64,000 bases of DNA from Nitrospirota bacterium. Lineage in GTDB: Bacteria; Nitrospirota; Thermodesulfovibrionia; Thermodesulfovibrionales; Dissulfurispiraceae. The notes beneath the pieces are model-generated. The model was not told the origin of the DNA. It searched no databases and saw only the letters and a program-made list of their open reading frames with translations. Numbering within the stretch: the stretch's first letter is position 1; each line of letters starts with the position of its first letter. The stretch spans positions 1 to 64,000 of the forward strand of contig CAVPZX010000002.1 of NCBI GenBank assembly GCA_963710375.1, given 5' to 3'. This document shows positions 1-9,046 of this stretch, piece after piece. The position numbers were made by a program, and so were the translations under genes.

Positions 1-958
1 CATGCGGCATAAGAAAGACACGCCTCTCGTTCGGCAGCCGGGTCCTCCCAAAGTCAGGCCGCCGGATATGGACAAACTGAAGCGGGATATTGATCAGTTG
101 TCTCATGGTTATAATCGCACACAGGGCACGGGGGCATTATATGCTCGTTACGCATCAGGCGTCTCAAGAAGGGAGTTGCAAAGAATGGTACCGATGGCGA
201 GGCATGATCTCAATATGTTGCACCGACAGAATCTGAGGCGCATTCACTGGAACGTGCCGAACGTTGCGTGGTCTATGGACCCCTGCGAATACGCACAGCG
301 TGACGAAACCGGCGCAAAGATGTACCTGAACCAGATGCAGGACATGGCTTCTCGCTACAAGTTCAATCCCATGACAGGAGACATCCCCTGCGGCGAAGAA
401 ATATCCGGCTATCTTACTGCAACCTTCAACCGTTTCGGCTCGCCACTGTTTCTCAAGCGGGACAATGGCGGTAACCTCAATCATTCGGCGGTCAATGACG
501 TGCTTGCTGATTACTTCGTCATGCCGGTGAACAGTCCGGTTCATTATCCGCCTTACAATGGCGCTATCGAAGAAGCGCAAACCGAGCTGAAAAACGGGCT
601 TGCTTCGAAGCTCGCTTATAAACCCTCTTGTCCGCGTGAACACCTGGAGGCATATGCCTCGACAGTTGAGCATGATCTTAATCACCGGCCTCGTCCATGC
701 TTGAGTGGTAAGAATGCTTGCCAGGTGTACTTCACCGGCAAAAGAACGTTTTCCAAATGGGAAAGGAGGGATGCCTATGACTGGATAACGAACTTGCAAA
801 ATGATATATTATGCAGTGAGGGAGTTCAGCCGCAAGCGGCCTGGCGCATCGCCGTGGAGTCCTGGCTGAACATGAAAGGCTTTATAACCATTACCCGAAA
901 CGGAAAAGTGTTACCCAGTTTTTTCTGATTTCGGTATCATAAACTCATGGCGTGCACA
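1..958 (+). mobile_element. Right part of an IS481-like insertion sequence
   Basis: Transposase followed 30 bp later by ...CATGGCGTGCACA (TGT terminus on minus strand); left end is outside the window, so IR and TSD cannot be verified. Confidence 0.55.
2..928 (+). CDS. DDE integrase-core (rve) transposase, IS481/IS3-like; may be 5'-partial
   Basis: DDE-like motifs WSMD, KRDNGGN, YNGAIEE, and LNHRPRPCL. Confidence 0.8.
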   Translation: MRHKKDTPLVRQPGPPKVRPPDMDKLKRDIDQLSHGYNRTQGTGALYARYASGVSRRELQRMVPMARHDLNMLHRQNLRRIHWNVPNVAWSMDPCEYAQRDETGAKMYLNQMQDMASRYKFNPMTGDIPCGEEISGYLTATFNRFGSPLFLKRDNGGNLNHSAVNDVLADYFVMPVNSPVHYPPYNGAIEEAQTELKNGLASKLAYKPSCPREHLEAYASTVEHDLNHRPRPCLSGKNACQVYFTGKRTFSKWERRDAYDWITNLQNDILCSEGVQPQAAWRIAVESWLNMKGFITITRNGKVLPSFF

Positions 959-1207
959 GGGTTGTTCACGGCTTTATGTCCCCACGCAAGGCGTTGAGGG
1001 TTTCCGCATAGAGAACCATCAAAACATCCGTCATGCAAAAAGGAACTCTCATCTTCATGCCTTCCTATATAGTCTTCTGGAAGTTTATACCATTTTCTAC
1101 AAGGCGTTATATAACACCTGAGTTTAACTAAAGAATATCATTATAAAGAAATCTGTCAAGGGAGTGCAAAAAGGTCTTATGAAGATGTACTATACTAAAT
1201 TATTGAA

Positions 1208-1807
1208 ATGATCATGTCGATACTATTTGATTTCGGAGGCGTGTTGGCCGAAGAAGGCTTCAGAAAAGGACTGAGGGCTATCGCTATAAAGAACCACCTC
1301 AATCCTGATGACTTTTTTACGGCGGCTACCAACCTTATATATCAGACGGGTTACATAACGGGATTGACCGATGAACATGATTATTGGAAAACTCTGAGAG
1401 AAAAGACTGGAATTGTCGGGTGTGATGAGGAACTTAGGGAAGAGATACTGAGCAGATTTATAATAAGACCAGGGATGTTGGAGCATGTTGAAAGACTTGA
1501 GTTCCGCGGGTACACCGTCGCAATCCTTAGCGACCAGACAAACTGGCTAGAAGAGATTAACGCGAAAAATCCTTTCTACCATTGTTTTGACTATGTCTTC
1601 AATTCAATCAGGTTAGGAAAGTCCAAGCGTGACCCTTCGGTTTTCATGGATGTATGTTCGATAATGGGATGCAGGACTAAGGAGGCGCTCTTTGTGGACG
1701 ATAATGCTGGTAATATAAAGAGGGCTTCAGAGGAAGGTCTGGCGACGATTCATTTCAATGGTATGAGCAATTTTGAAAATCAGATTTCGGAATTAGACAA
1801 GCATTAA
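1208..1807 (+). CDS. HAD family phosphatase
   Basis: ILFDFGGVL motif I, K in GKSKRDP, FVDD motif IV. Confidence 0.9.
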   Translation: MIMSILFDFGGVLAEEGFRKGLRAIAIKNHLNPDDFFTAATNLIYQTGYITGLTDEHDYWKTLREKTGIVGCDEELREEILSRFIIRPGMLEHVERLEFRGYTVAILSDQTNWLEEINAKNPFYHCFDYVFNSIRLGKSKRDPSVFMDVCSIMGCRTKEALFVDDNAGNIKRASEEGLATIHFNGMSNFENQISELDKH

Positions 1808-2225
1808 CCGTATCTGAGAATCTTATTTTGACAGTTATTTTCCGAAATTAACATTTTTGGTGAGATGTATGAGGTGTTGATTATAAGTATCTCATCAGCT
1901 TCAACTTCCTGATGGTCTCAATTAGTCGGTGAATCTGGTGCCCTTCGCTAAAAATGTCGGATCACTTCTTTTGAGGCAGCTGTCAATGAAGGTTTCTTCT
2001 GGATTTTCTCACCGGGGAAAATCGTATCCCGACCCCTCGCTCAATGTAATCGCTCGACCTGGGGCATTGCTGACAAGAAAAGTTATGTCCTGTACTCCTC
2101 AGGTATAAAAAAACAAGCCTGGTTTCGATTACTGTGAGTTATCTTACCTACAGACATCTCCAGTCTATAAAAGTTTCATCGAGGCAGTAGCAGGAATACT
2201 CGAACTGATGTAATAATTGTAAGAC

Positions 2226-2543
2226 ATGGAAACGAAATTTGCTATTCCTCTTACAAATAACGACAGGATTTTTGTTGAATTTAAAACCGACCGGGGGGAG
2301 GTGACAACTTTTATCGTAAAGTTGATATGTGACATTCACGGCCATAGCTACGAGGTTATGCGATACGACAGCGCGCATGGTAGCCCACATAAGGATATTA
2401 TGGACACGTCTGGGAATGTAATGCGCAAAGTATGGTATGATTATCTTAGTAATAGTCAAGCGCTCACAATGGCGATTGATGACATAGAAGACAACCATAA
2501 CTTTTATAGAAAAAGGTTTATAACATGGCTAAGAACGAATTAA
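2226..2543 (+). CDS. Hypothetical protein, possible toxin (RYDSAHG-x-PH family)
   Basis: 105-aa ORF with RYDSAHGSPHKD motif, overlapping a small basic ORF. Confidence 0.6.
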   Translation: METKFAIPLTNNDRIFVEFKTDRGEVTTFIVKLICDIHGHSYEVMRYDSAHGSPHKDIMDTSGNVMRKVWYDYLSNSQALTMAIDDIEDNHNFYRKRFITWLRTN

Positions 2544-2689
2544 CAGTGAAAGAGATCGTTGCTTTTATAGAGAGCAAAGGCGGCAGGAAAGTAACAGAGG
2601 CCGACAAGAAGACCGACTGGTATAAAGTTGCTTCAAAAAAACCTTCATGCTTTAAAAGTAAAACAACCCGCAAAAGAGCAAAAGTATAA
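2525..2689 (+). CDS. Small basic protein (54 aa), possible antitoxin partner; not in the ORF track
   Basis: Manual translation MAKNELTVKEIVAFIESKGGRKV...KRAKV; overlaps the upstream stop. Confidence 0.5.
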   Translation: MAKNELTVKEIVAFIESKGGRKVTEADKKTDWYKVASKKPSCFKSKTTRKRAKV

Positions 2690-2950
2690 CAAGTCTTTCA
2701 GTGCTTAATCAAACCCGTCATTTCAACAATTATCAAAAGAAAGCATTACATTTCATGGACAAGACCGCAGGCAAGATTACTGTGAGGAACAATTTCATTT
2801 TATGCTTAAACTTACAGACACGGAGAAACCTTTTGATTATAAGATGCATTAAGACGATGGCTTTGATATAATTCAGACAGAACTTAAAGCTAATGAAGTG
2901 CGCTGAAGTCATTTATTTGTTCGATTTAAATGTCTTCAGGAGGTAAGAGA

Positions 2951-3178
2951 GTGCAAAATAATTTGAGACTGGATGCCGGCCAGATTGAGGTGGTGGATGA
3001 TGCTATGGCCGAGGTGCTGAAGCGTAAGTCTCCATCTGAAAGAATAGGAATCGGATTCAGCATTTGGTCATCGGCTTATAACATGCTGACAATTCATCTC
3101 AAGAAAACCCATCCTGGCTGGAGCGCAGAAATGCTTAGGCGGGAAGTTAACCGGAGATTATCTCATGGGTCCGTTTGA
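2951..3178 (+). CDS. Hypothetical protein of the type found upstream of nucleotidyltransferases
   Basis: AGGAGG RBS before GTG; SPSERI...HPGWS...EVNRRL pattern; overlaps the next gene. Confidence 0.65.
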   Translation: MQNNLRLDAGQIEVVDDAMAEVLKRKSPSERIGIGFSIWSSAYNMLTIHLKKTHPGWSAEMLRREVNRRLSHGSV

Positions 3179-3376
3179 ACTCCTTCAAAAGATCATAGAG
3201 ACATTTGAAGCTCTTCAAATTCCGTATCTTGTTACAGGCTCGGTAGCATCCATGGCTTACGGTGAGCCCAGACTAACGAACGATATAGATATTGTTGCTG
3301 AGATTTTTGATGGTCAAAACGGCTGGAACTGACTGAAATATGGAATGCGATTCTAAAGCGGATTGGGGAGAAATAA
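3165..3376 (+). pseudogene. Nucleotidyltransferase remnant with an internal deletion
   Basis: N-terminus has YLVTGSVASMAYGEPRLTNDIDIV (GS...DxD), stop at 3332; a C-terminus-like WSKRLELTEIWNAILK follows in another frame. Confidence 0.7.
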
Positions 3377-3379
3377 TCG

Positions 3380-3727
3380 TCAGCCGCCTGAGCGTTTCGG
3401 CCTATACCCCATTTTTGTTAGTGCCGTGATAAGCGCGTCACAATGGTCGCCCTGAATTTCAAGAGACATGTCCTTGACTGCGCCGCCGGCCCCAAGCCCT
3501 GACTTCAATTCCTTGAGCAGTGCCTCCTTATCTCTTTTTGAAATCTGCAGACCCTCGACTACCGTGACAGACTTCCCGCCCCTCCCCTTCCGGTCCAGCC
3601 GGACAATGACCTTCTGATGGGCAGGATTCAACATCGGCTCGACACTATTTACGAGAGGTCCTTCCTTTCGGGAAATAGGCTTGTCGGTCGAGTAGACCAA
3701 TTTAGATTTTTCTTCCGGATTATTCAT
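3380..3727 (-). CDS. yciH: Translation initiation factor SUI1 family
   Basis: LVYSTD, RKGRGGKSVTVVEG, IEIQGD-like motif. Confidence 0.9.
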   Translation of the reverse strand: MNNPEEKSKLVYSTDKPISRKEGPLVNSVEPMLNPAHQKVIVRLDRKGRGGKSVTVVEGLQISKRDKEALLKELKSGLGAGGAVKDMSLEIQGDHCDALITALTKMGYRPKRSGG

Positions 3728-3902
3728 AAATTTATACAAGGAGCAGTCAGGCCACAGCGCTTCGTCTCATTCTCGCAAGGCATCCAGCCTTGCTCCGAGG
3801 CTGTGACAGCCTGTGCCACCGTCCTTGGTGTCACTTAGGCTGTCAAAGTCCGCTCAGCACCATGTCCCGCCTGCCCCTTGTATAAATTTATAATAATGTG
3901 GG
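3715..3902. mobile_element. MITE-like non-coding element (~190 bp)
   Basis: Terminal IRs TTATTCATAAATTTATACAAGGAGCAG / TTATT-ATAAATTTATACAAGGGGCAG; nested internal hairpins. Confidence 0.7.
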
Positions 3903-3907
3903 CTAAG

Positions 3908-4837
3908 TCATTTTTTCAGCATTTCTTCAATAGTAATGCACACGGAATTCTCTAGCGCGGCAAGGTCATAGCCGCCTTCAAGGGCAAAGATGATAGGGGT
4001 ATGTTCCGGGTCAGACGGGGAAGAGAGGATGCAGGCAACGATGTCGCGAATCCCTTCGTCGTTTACCCTTAAACCTGCAAGCGGGTCGTGTGCATGTATG
4101 TCGTAGCCGGCAGAAACCAGGAGTATGTCAGGAGCGAATCCCTTCACCAATCCTGGAAGAACTTCGCAGTAAGCAGAGAAAAACTCTTTAAAACCGGAAC
4201 CGGCCGGCAGAGGGATATTAAAGGTATATCCCTTACCCTTGCCTTTCCCACGTTCGGCGCTGCCGCCGGTGCCGGGATAGTGAGGGGATTGATGAGTGCT
4301 GAAATAAAAAACGGTATCATCCTCGTAAAACACATGCTGAGTACCATTGCCGTGGTGGACATCGAAATCGATAATAAATACCTTTTTATAGCCTGCTTTT
4401 TGTGCATACCGCGCGCCGATTGCAACATTGTTAAAAATACAAAAGCCCATAGCAGCGTAAGCCTCTGCATGGTGGCCTGGAGGCCTCACTGCGCAGAACG
4501 CCCGGAGTATCTTTCCGGATTTGCATTGCTTCACTGCATCAATGACAGCGCCTGCGGCATGGAGCGCTGCTTCAAGACTGTGCTCTGATAAATACGTATC
4601 GGGGTCGAGGTGGCCTGTCCCAAAATTCCTGACTTTTTCGACATAGCTCTTCGTATGTACCAGCTCAATGTCTTGATATTGCGCCTTACATGGGGCGATC
4701 AGGACAAGGTCCTTCCAGAAAGGAGCGCGCTTAAGTCTTTCAGTTATGGCTATCAACCGCGCTTTCGACTCGGGGTGACCCAAAGGCGTTTCATGCTTCA
4801 AAAAGACCGGACCGTAGACAAAGCCCACTTTATGCAT
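3908..4837 (-). CDS. Histone deacetylase family (AcuC-like) Zn deacetylase
   Basis: HPES, RPPGHHA, GFCIFNN, DFDVHHGNGTQ, LEGGY. Confidence 0.95.
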   Translation of the reverse strand: MHKVGFVYGPVFLKHETPLGHPESKARLIAITERLKRAPFWKDLVLIAPCKAQYQDIELVHTKSYVEKVRNFGTGHLDPDTYLSEHSLEAALHAAGAVIDAVKQCKSGKILRAFCAVRPPGHHAEAYAAMGFCIFNNVAIGARYAQKAGYKKVFIIDFDVHHGNGTQHVFYEDDTVFYFSTHQSPHYPGTGGSAERGKGKGKGYTFNIPLPAGSGFKEFFSAYCEVLPGLVKGFAPDILLVSAGYDIHAHDPLAGLRVNDEGIRDIVACILSSPSDPEHTPIIFALEGGYDLAALENSVCITIEEMLKK

Positions 4838-4853
4838 AAAGAATTATAACAAT

Positions 4854-4978
4854 AAAAGACAGGCAATAGGCGATAGGCAATGGGCAATAGGTGAAAAAAA
4901 ATAATAACAAAAAAGTACGTGCTTATTGTTTTGTCTTTTGCCTATAGCCTATAGCCTATAGCCTATTGCCTGTCTTTT
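4854..4978. repeat. Inverted array of AGGC(A/T/G)AT heptamers forming a long hairpin
   Basis: ~41-bp arms: AAAAGAC(AGGCAAT-like)x4-5 and reverse complement. Confidence 0.85.
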
Positions 4979-4997
4979 TGAGGTATAATTGAAAGGT

Positions 4998-6608
4998 ATG
5001 CCGGATCAATCCAATGATATGCTGCCCGAAGAAACCAAAAAGGTCCTGACCGATACATTCAGGCAACTGAAAGATGTTGTCAAGATCGAGGTCTACCTGA
5101 GCAAAGAGCCTAATCAGTACAATGAGGCGACTACTATGCTTCTGAGGGGAATAGCAGAACTTACGGATAAGATAAAGGTGCGTTTTTTTAACCTCGAAAG
5201 TGATGAGGCAAGACATAAAGGTATTACCCGGTCACCAACTATCCTTATAAGCCCTGACAGGTTCAAAATCAGTTATGTCGGCGCTCCTGTAGGAGAAGAA
5301 GGGCGTACACTGATTATGGCCATTATTCTTGTATCGAGCAACGGGACCCTGCTTTCAGAACAGTCCTTGAAGAGGCTTTTTGAACTGAAGGAGCCGAGAC
5401 ATATCCAGGTTTTTGTCTCCCCAACCTGTCCCTACTGTCCTCAGCACGCCCTTGTTGCCATATCAGCCGCAATTGCGTTGCCTGAACTCATTACAGTTGA
5501 AATAATCGAAATGTACGAAAACAGGGACTACATGGACAAATACCATATAATCACTGTTCCGTTTACGGTCATAAATGAAGTAACGATCGGATCCGGCGTC
5601 CGTCCCCCGGAACTGTTTGTAGAAGAAATCCTCAGCCTTTCGTCTGTAGACATCATGTCCGCTTCTTTTTCAGGGGATGTTGTGGATCTGGATATCGCGA
5701 TTATCGGTGGAGGTCCGGCAGGGCTTGCCGCCGGCATTTATTCAGGGCGCAGCGGCTTGAAAACCGCAGTTATCGAAAAGGCGAATGTAGGGGGACAGGT
5801 GCTTATAACACCGATTGTAGAAAATTATCCCGGTTACAGCCAGATAGCAGGGAAGAACCTTGTAGATATAATGTACCAGCAGGCATTGCAGTATACATAT
5901 ATTTTTGAAAGCGAAGACGTTACGGATGCCAAAAAAGCGGATGATGTATTCGAGTTGAAAACAACCAAAAGGTTGTTCAGGGTAAAGGGCATTATAATTG
6001 CAACCGGAGCCGAACACAGGAAGCTCGATGCTCCAGGTGAAAAGGCACTGTACGGCAGGGGTGTGAGTTATTGCGCCACATGTGACGGCTATTTTTTCAA
6101 GGACGGCGGAAAGGTGATTATTGTGGGAGGAGGGAACTCTGCAGCAACAGATGCCCTGTACCTGAATAGTCTTGGCGCTAAAGTAACGCTGGTCCACCGG
6201 GGACCTGCTTTAAGAGCCGAGGCCTTTCTGCAAAAAAGCCTTGCTCAGAGAGATATCCCGATTTTCCTGCATACGGTGGTTAACAGAATTTATGGTAAAG
6301 ACCGCGTAGACGCGGTAAAACTTGAAAACCTAAAGGACAGGTCCTTCAAAGAAATGATTGTTGAAGGGGTATTTGTTTCAATCGGCTACACCCCAAACAA
6401 TAAGATAGCAAAGTTGCTCAACCTCGACATGGACCCTGAAGGTTATGTCAGGGCCGACAACACTCAGAGAACCGCTATCCATATGGTCTATGCAGCCGGC
6501 GATGTGACCGGTGGGATAAAGCAGATAGCGACTGCTGTAGGACAAGGTTCTGTTGCCGCCATCTCGGCATTTGAAGATTTCTCCAGTCCCTACTGGAAAA
6601 AGAAATAA
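4998..6608 (+). CDS. Thioredoxin reductase with N-terminal tandem thioredoxin-fold domain (AhpF-like)
   Basis: TCPYCP in N-domain; GGGPAG, SYCATCDG, GGGNSA, AAGD. Confidence 0.9.
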   Translation: MPDQSNDMLPEETKKVLTDTFRQLKDVVKIEVYLSKEPNQYNEATTMLLRGIAELTDKIKVRFFNLESDEARHKGITRSPTILISPDRFKISYVGAPVGEEGRTLIMAIILVSSNGTLLSEQSLKRLFELKEPRHIQVFVSPTCPYCPQHALVAISAAIALPELITVEIIEMYENRDYMDKYHIITVPFTVINEVTIGSGVRPPELFVEEILSLSSVDIMSASFSGDVVDLDIAIIGGGPAGLAAGIYSGRSGLKTAVIEKANVGGQVLITPIVENYPGYSQIAGKNLVDIMYQQALQYTYIFESEDVTDAKKADDVFELKTTKRLFRVKGIIIATGAEHRKLDAPGEKALYGRGVSYCATCDGYFFKDGGKVIIVGGGNSAATDALYLNSLGAKVTLVHRGPALRAEAFLQKSLAQRDIPIFLHTVVNRIYGKDRVDAVKLENLKDRSFKEMIVEGVFVSIGYTPNNKIAKLLNLDMDPEGYVRADNTQRTAIHMVYAAGDVTGGIKQIATAVGQGSVAAISAFEDFSSPYWKKK

Positions 6609-6811
6609 ACCCTGTCACTTTGCCGGAAATCAACCTTTTTTATATAGAAAACCGCTCGTAGTCCCAACTAATGTTTTCACTTTCAAATCAAACATATGGT
6701 TGATTTATTCCAGTCAATCCGCTATGATAAAATCTAACACTGTCAAAGATTTCTGATGAATGGGTGCTTCCCAAAAAGTCTGAAACTTTCCGGGGCACTC
6801 AGGGAGGAGCA

Positions 6812-7036
6812 ATGATCACAAAAGAAAGGGTCGAGGAAATTTTGGGTAAAATCAGGACCGGCCTGAAATCAGAGGGCGGAGATATTGAATTAATTGAGGT
6901 AAAAGACGATATAGTATATGTGAAACTAACGGGAGCATGCGGCACTTGTCCTATGTCCACCCTTACGTTAAAGAACTGGGTTGAATCGACAATGAGAAAT
7001 GAGATACCGGAGGTTAAAGCTGTTCAGGCGATATGA
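6812..7036 (+). CDS. NifU C-terminal domain (Nfu) Fe-S carrier
   Basis: GGDIEL, GACGTCPMS; GGAGG RBS. Confidence 0.92.
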   Translation: MITKERVEEILGKIRTGLKSEGGDIELIEVKDDIVYVKLTGACGTCPMSTLTLKNWVESTMRNEIPEVKAVQAI

Positions 7037-8379
7037 TTGATCCCGACCATAAAGGACATAGACGCGTATACTTAGAAGCAGGCATAAAACTCTGCATCCA
7101 GGTCGTGATTTACGTTCTTTTTGTCCTTTTGTCCACTTTATCCCGGCCCATTTCCTGTGCTGCCGGGGACCCGGTAGAGCTCAAAGGACTTAGATATCAT
7201 ATAACACCGGAATACTTACGGGTGGTCATCGAACTTTCCGGTACCGCGTCATTCACAAATGCGAAGCTCTCCAACCCCGAACGTCTGTTCCTCGATATCA
7301 ACAATGCAAAACTCGCAAAAGATTTACAGAAAAATTATACGATAAATGATCCGTTGGTCAAAAGCATCAGACTTGGCCAATTCAATGCCGATACAGCAAG
7401 GATTGTTTTTGATCTCGGTTCGACAGATTATGACTTCAAGATATTCAGCCTGGAGGACCCAACCCGTCTTATCATCGATATTTTCCCTAAAGGGTCTGTT
7501 GGAAAGAAACCGGTTCCGGAGAATATCGAAAAACCTGTGGAGCCGCCCAAGCCGGACGCAAACCGCGAGGCAGGCGTTATGCGCAGGAAAATTGTTATCG
7601 ACCCCGGCCATGGCGGCCATGACACAGGCGCAATCGGGCCGACTGGACTGTACGAAAAAGACGTTGTCCTGGATATCGCCCTGAGAGTCAGGGACATTAT
7701 AGAGAAAAAATATCCCTCATATGAAGTAATACTTACCCGCGACAGCGATGTGTTCATACCGCTGCCCGAGCGGGCACAGATTGCAAATAAAAGCGCTGCG
7801 GACTTCTTCCTGTCCATTCACGCCAATGCAAGTCCGAACAGAAAGGCAAGGGGTATTGAGACATATCTGCTTAACTGGACAAATGACGAGGAAGCCTTGA
7901 AGGTTGCTGCCAGGGAAAACGCCATATCACTGAAAAAAATGAAACAGGTGCAGAGTGAATTGGGAGTTATACTCGCTTCTTTGGACAGGGACAGAAAGCG
8001 GGACGGATCGCTTAATCTTGCAGGTAATATCCAGCGCTCCCTAGTTTCGTTAATAAGGTCCAGGTACCCAAAAGTCGCCGATCTTGGCGTGAAGCAGGCT
8101 TTATTTTACGTCCTCGTTGACGCCCAGATGCCCTCAGCTCTTGCCGAGGTATCTTTTATAAGCAACCCGGAGGAGGAAAAGCTGCTGTCTGAAGGAGCGT
8201 ACAAACAAAAGATCGCTGAATCTATTGTCGATGGGATTAATGCCTATTTTAATTCAGAGCCGCGACAGCAGCAGGTGGCATCAGGCGGTACAGAACAACA
8301 AACAGAGATTAGTACTGACAGTCCGGATTCCAAACCATATAAAACCACAAAAATAAGATATACCGGCACATTAAGGTAA
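7033..8379 (+). CDS. N-acetylmuramoyl-L-alanine amidase with AMIN domain
   Basis: IDPGHGG, EKDVVL, SIHAN, EVSFISN; AMIN motifs NPERLFLD and IRLGQF. Confidence 0.93.
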   Translation: MIDPDHKGHRRVYLEAGIKLCIQVVIYVLFVLLSTLSRPISCAAGDPVELKGLRYHITPEYLRVVIELSGTASFTNAKLSNPERLFLDINNAKLAKDLQKNYTINDPLVKSIRLGQFNADTARIVFDLGSTDYDFKIFSLEDPTRLIIDIFPKGSVGKKPVPENIEKPVEPPKPDANREAGVMRRKIVIDPGHGGHDTGAIGPTGLYEKDVVLDIALRVRDIIEKKYPSYEVILTRDSDVFIPLPERAQIANKSAADFFLSIHANASPNRKARGIETYLLNWTNDEEALKVAARENAISLKKMKQVQSELGVILASLDRDRKRDGSLNLAGNIQRSLVSLIRSRYPKVADLGVKQALFYVLVDAQMPSALAEVSFISNPEEEKLLSEGAYKQKIAESIVDGINAYFNSEPRQQQVASGGTEQQTEISTDSPDSKPYKTTKIRYTGTLR

Positions 8380-8383
8380 CGCA

Positions 8384-9046
8384 TTGTCTTCAGGAATTTA
8401 TCTCTTACTATACTCCTGCTTCGCAGTTATCGTATTTCTTGTCGAAAGCATTAAGTTGCATGCCATAATAGCATCGTGTGTTATTTTAGCGCTTTTTTTC
8501 ATACCGTTTAAAAAAATCAAGAGTGGGGCTGTCCCCATATTTTTTTTCCTTACTTTTACTTTTATCAGTAATCTGTTTTATCAGTCAGGCATGGTTGTCG
8601 CTGCGGTGGGGCCTGTCACTATCACTGTAGATGGTCTCAGAATTGCTTCCTTGCGCGCGCTCAGGGTTTTTGATATGGTGTACGCAGCGAAAATACTGAC
8701 ACATATTACACCCATCGAGGAAATGATCGGCTCACTAAAGAGGGTACTACGCCCTCTGCAGCTGATAGGGCTTCCAGTGCATGAGTTCTTCTCCATCATG
8801 GCACTCACCCTTCAATGTTTTCCTGTTCTGAAGCAAAAGCTTTATGACAGATACAGTGAGAAGGCGAAACAGCGGTCGGGAACATCAACAGATGTCACCG
8901 GGATAAAAAGTCTCATATCCAATTTCAGGATTGCTGTCGCCCTCCTTGCCTCTTTCATGATTCCGCTTTTTGTTGAAAGTATGGCTGAACCTGAAAAGTT
9001 CTTCATGTCCGCAAATTTAATCACAGACGATACAGAGGACAAATGA
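8384..9046 (+). CDS. ECF transporter transmembrane component (EcfT/CbiQ-like)
   Basis: Hydrophobic; pattern LRPLQLIGLPVHEFFSIMALTLQCFP. Confidence 0.7.
   Translation: MSSGIYLLLYSCFAVIVFLVESIKLHAIIASCVILALFFIPFKKIKSGAVPIFFFLTFTFISNLFYQSGMVVAAVGPVTITVDGLRIASLRALRVFDMVYAAKILTHITPIEEMIGSLKRVLRPLQLIGLPVHEFFSIMALTLQCFPVLKQKLYDRYSEKAKQRSGTSTDVTGIKSLISNFRIAVALLASFMIPLFVESMAEPEKFFMSANLITDDTEDK

Noticed and set aside
935..950. ATCATAAACTCATG near the first IS end, similar to the Tn7-like site at 13231
   Set aside because: Single copy and wrong orientation relative to the ACA tip; probably coincidental
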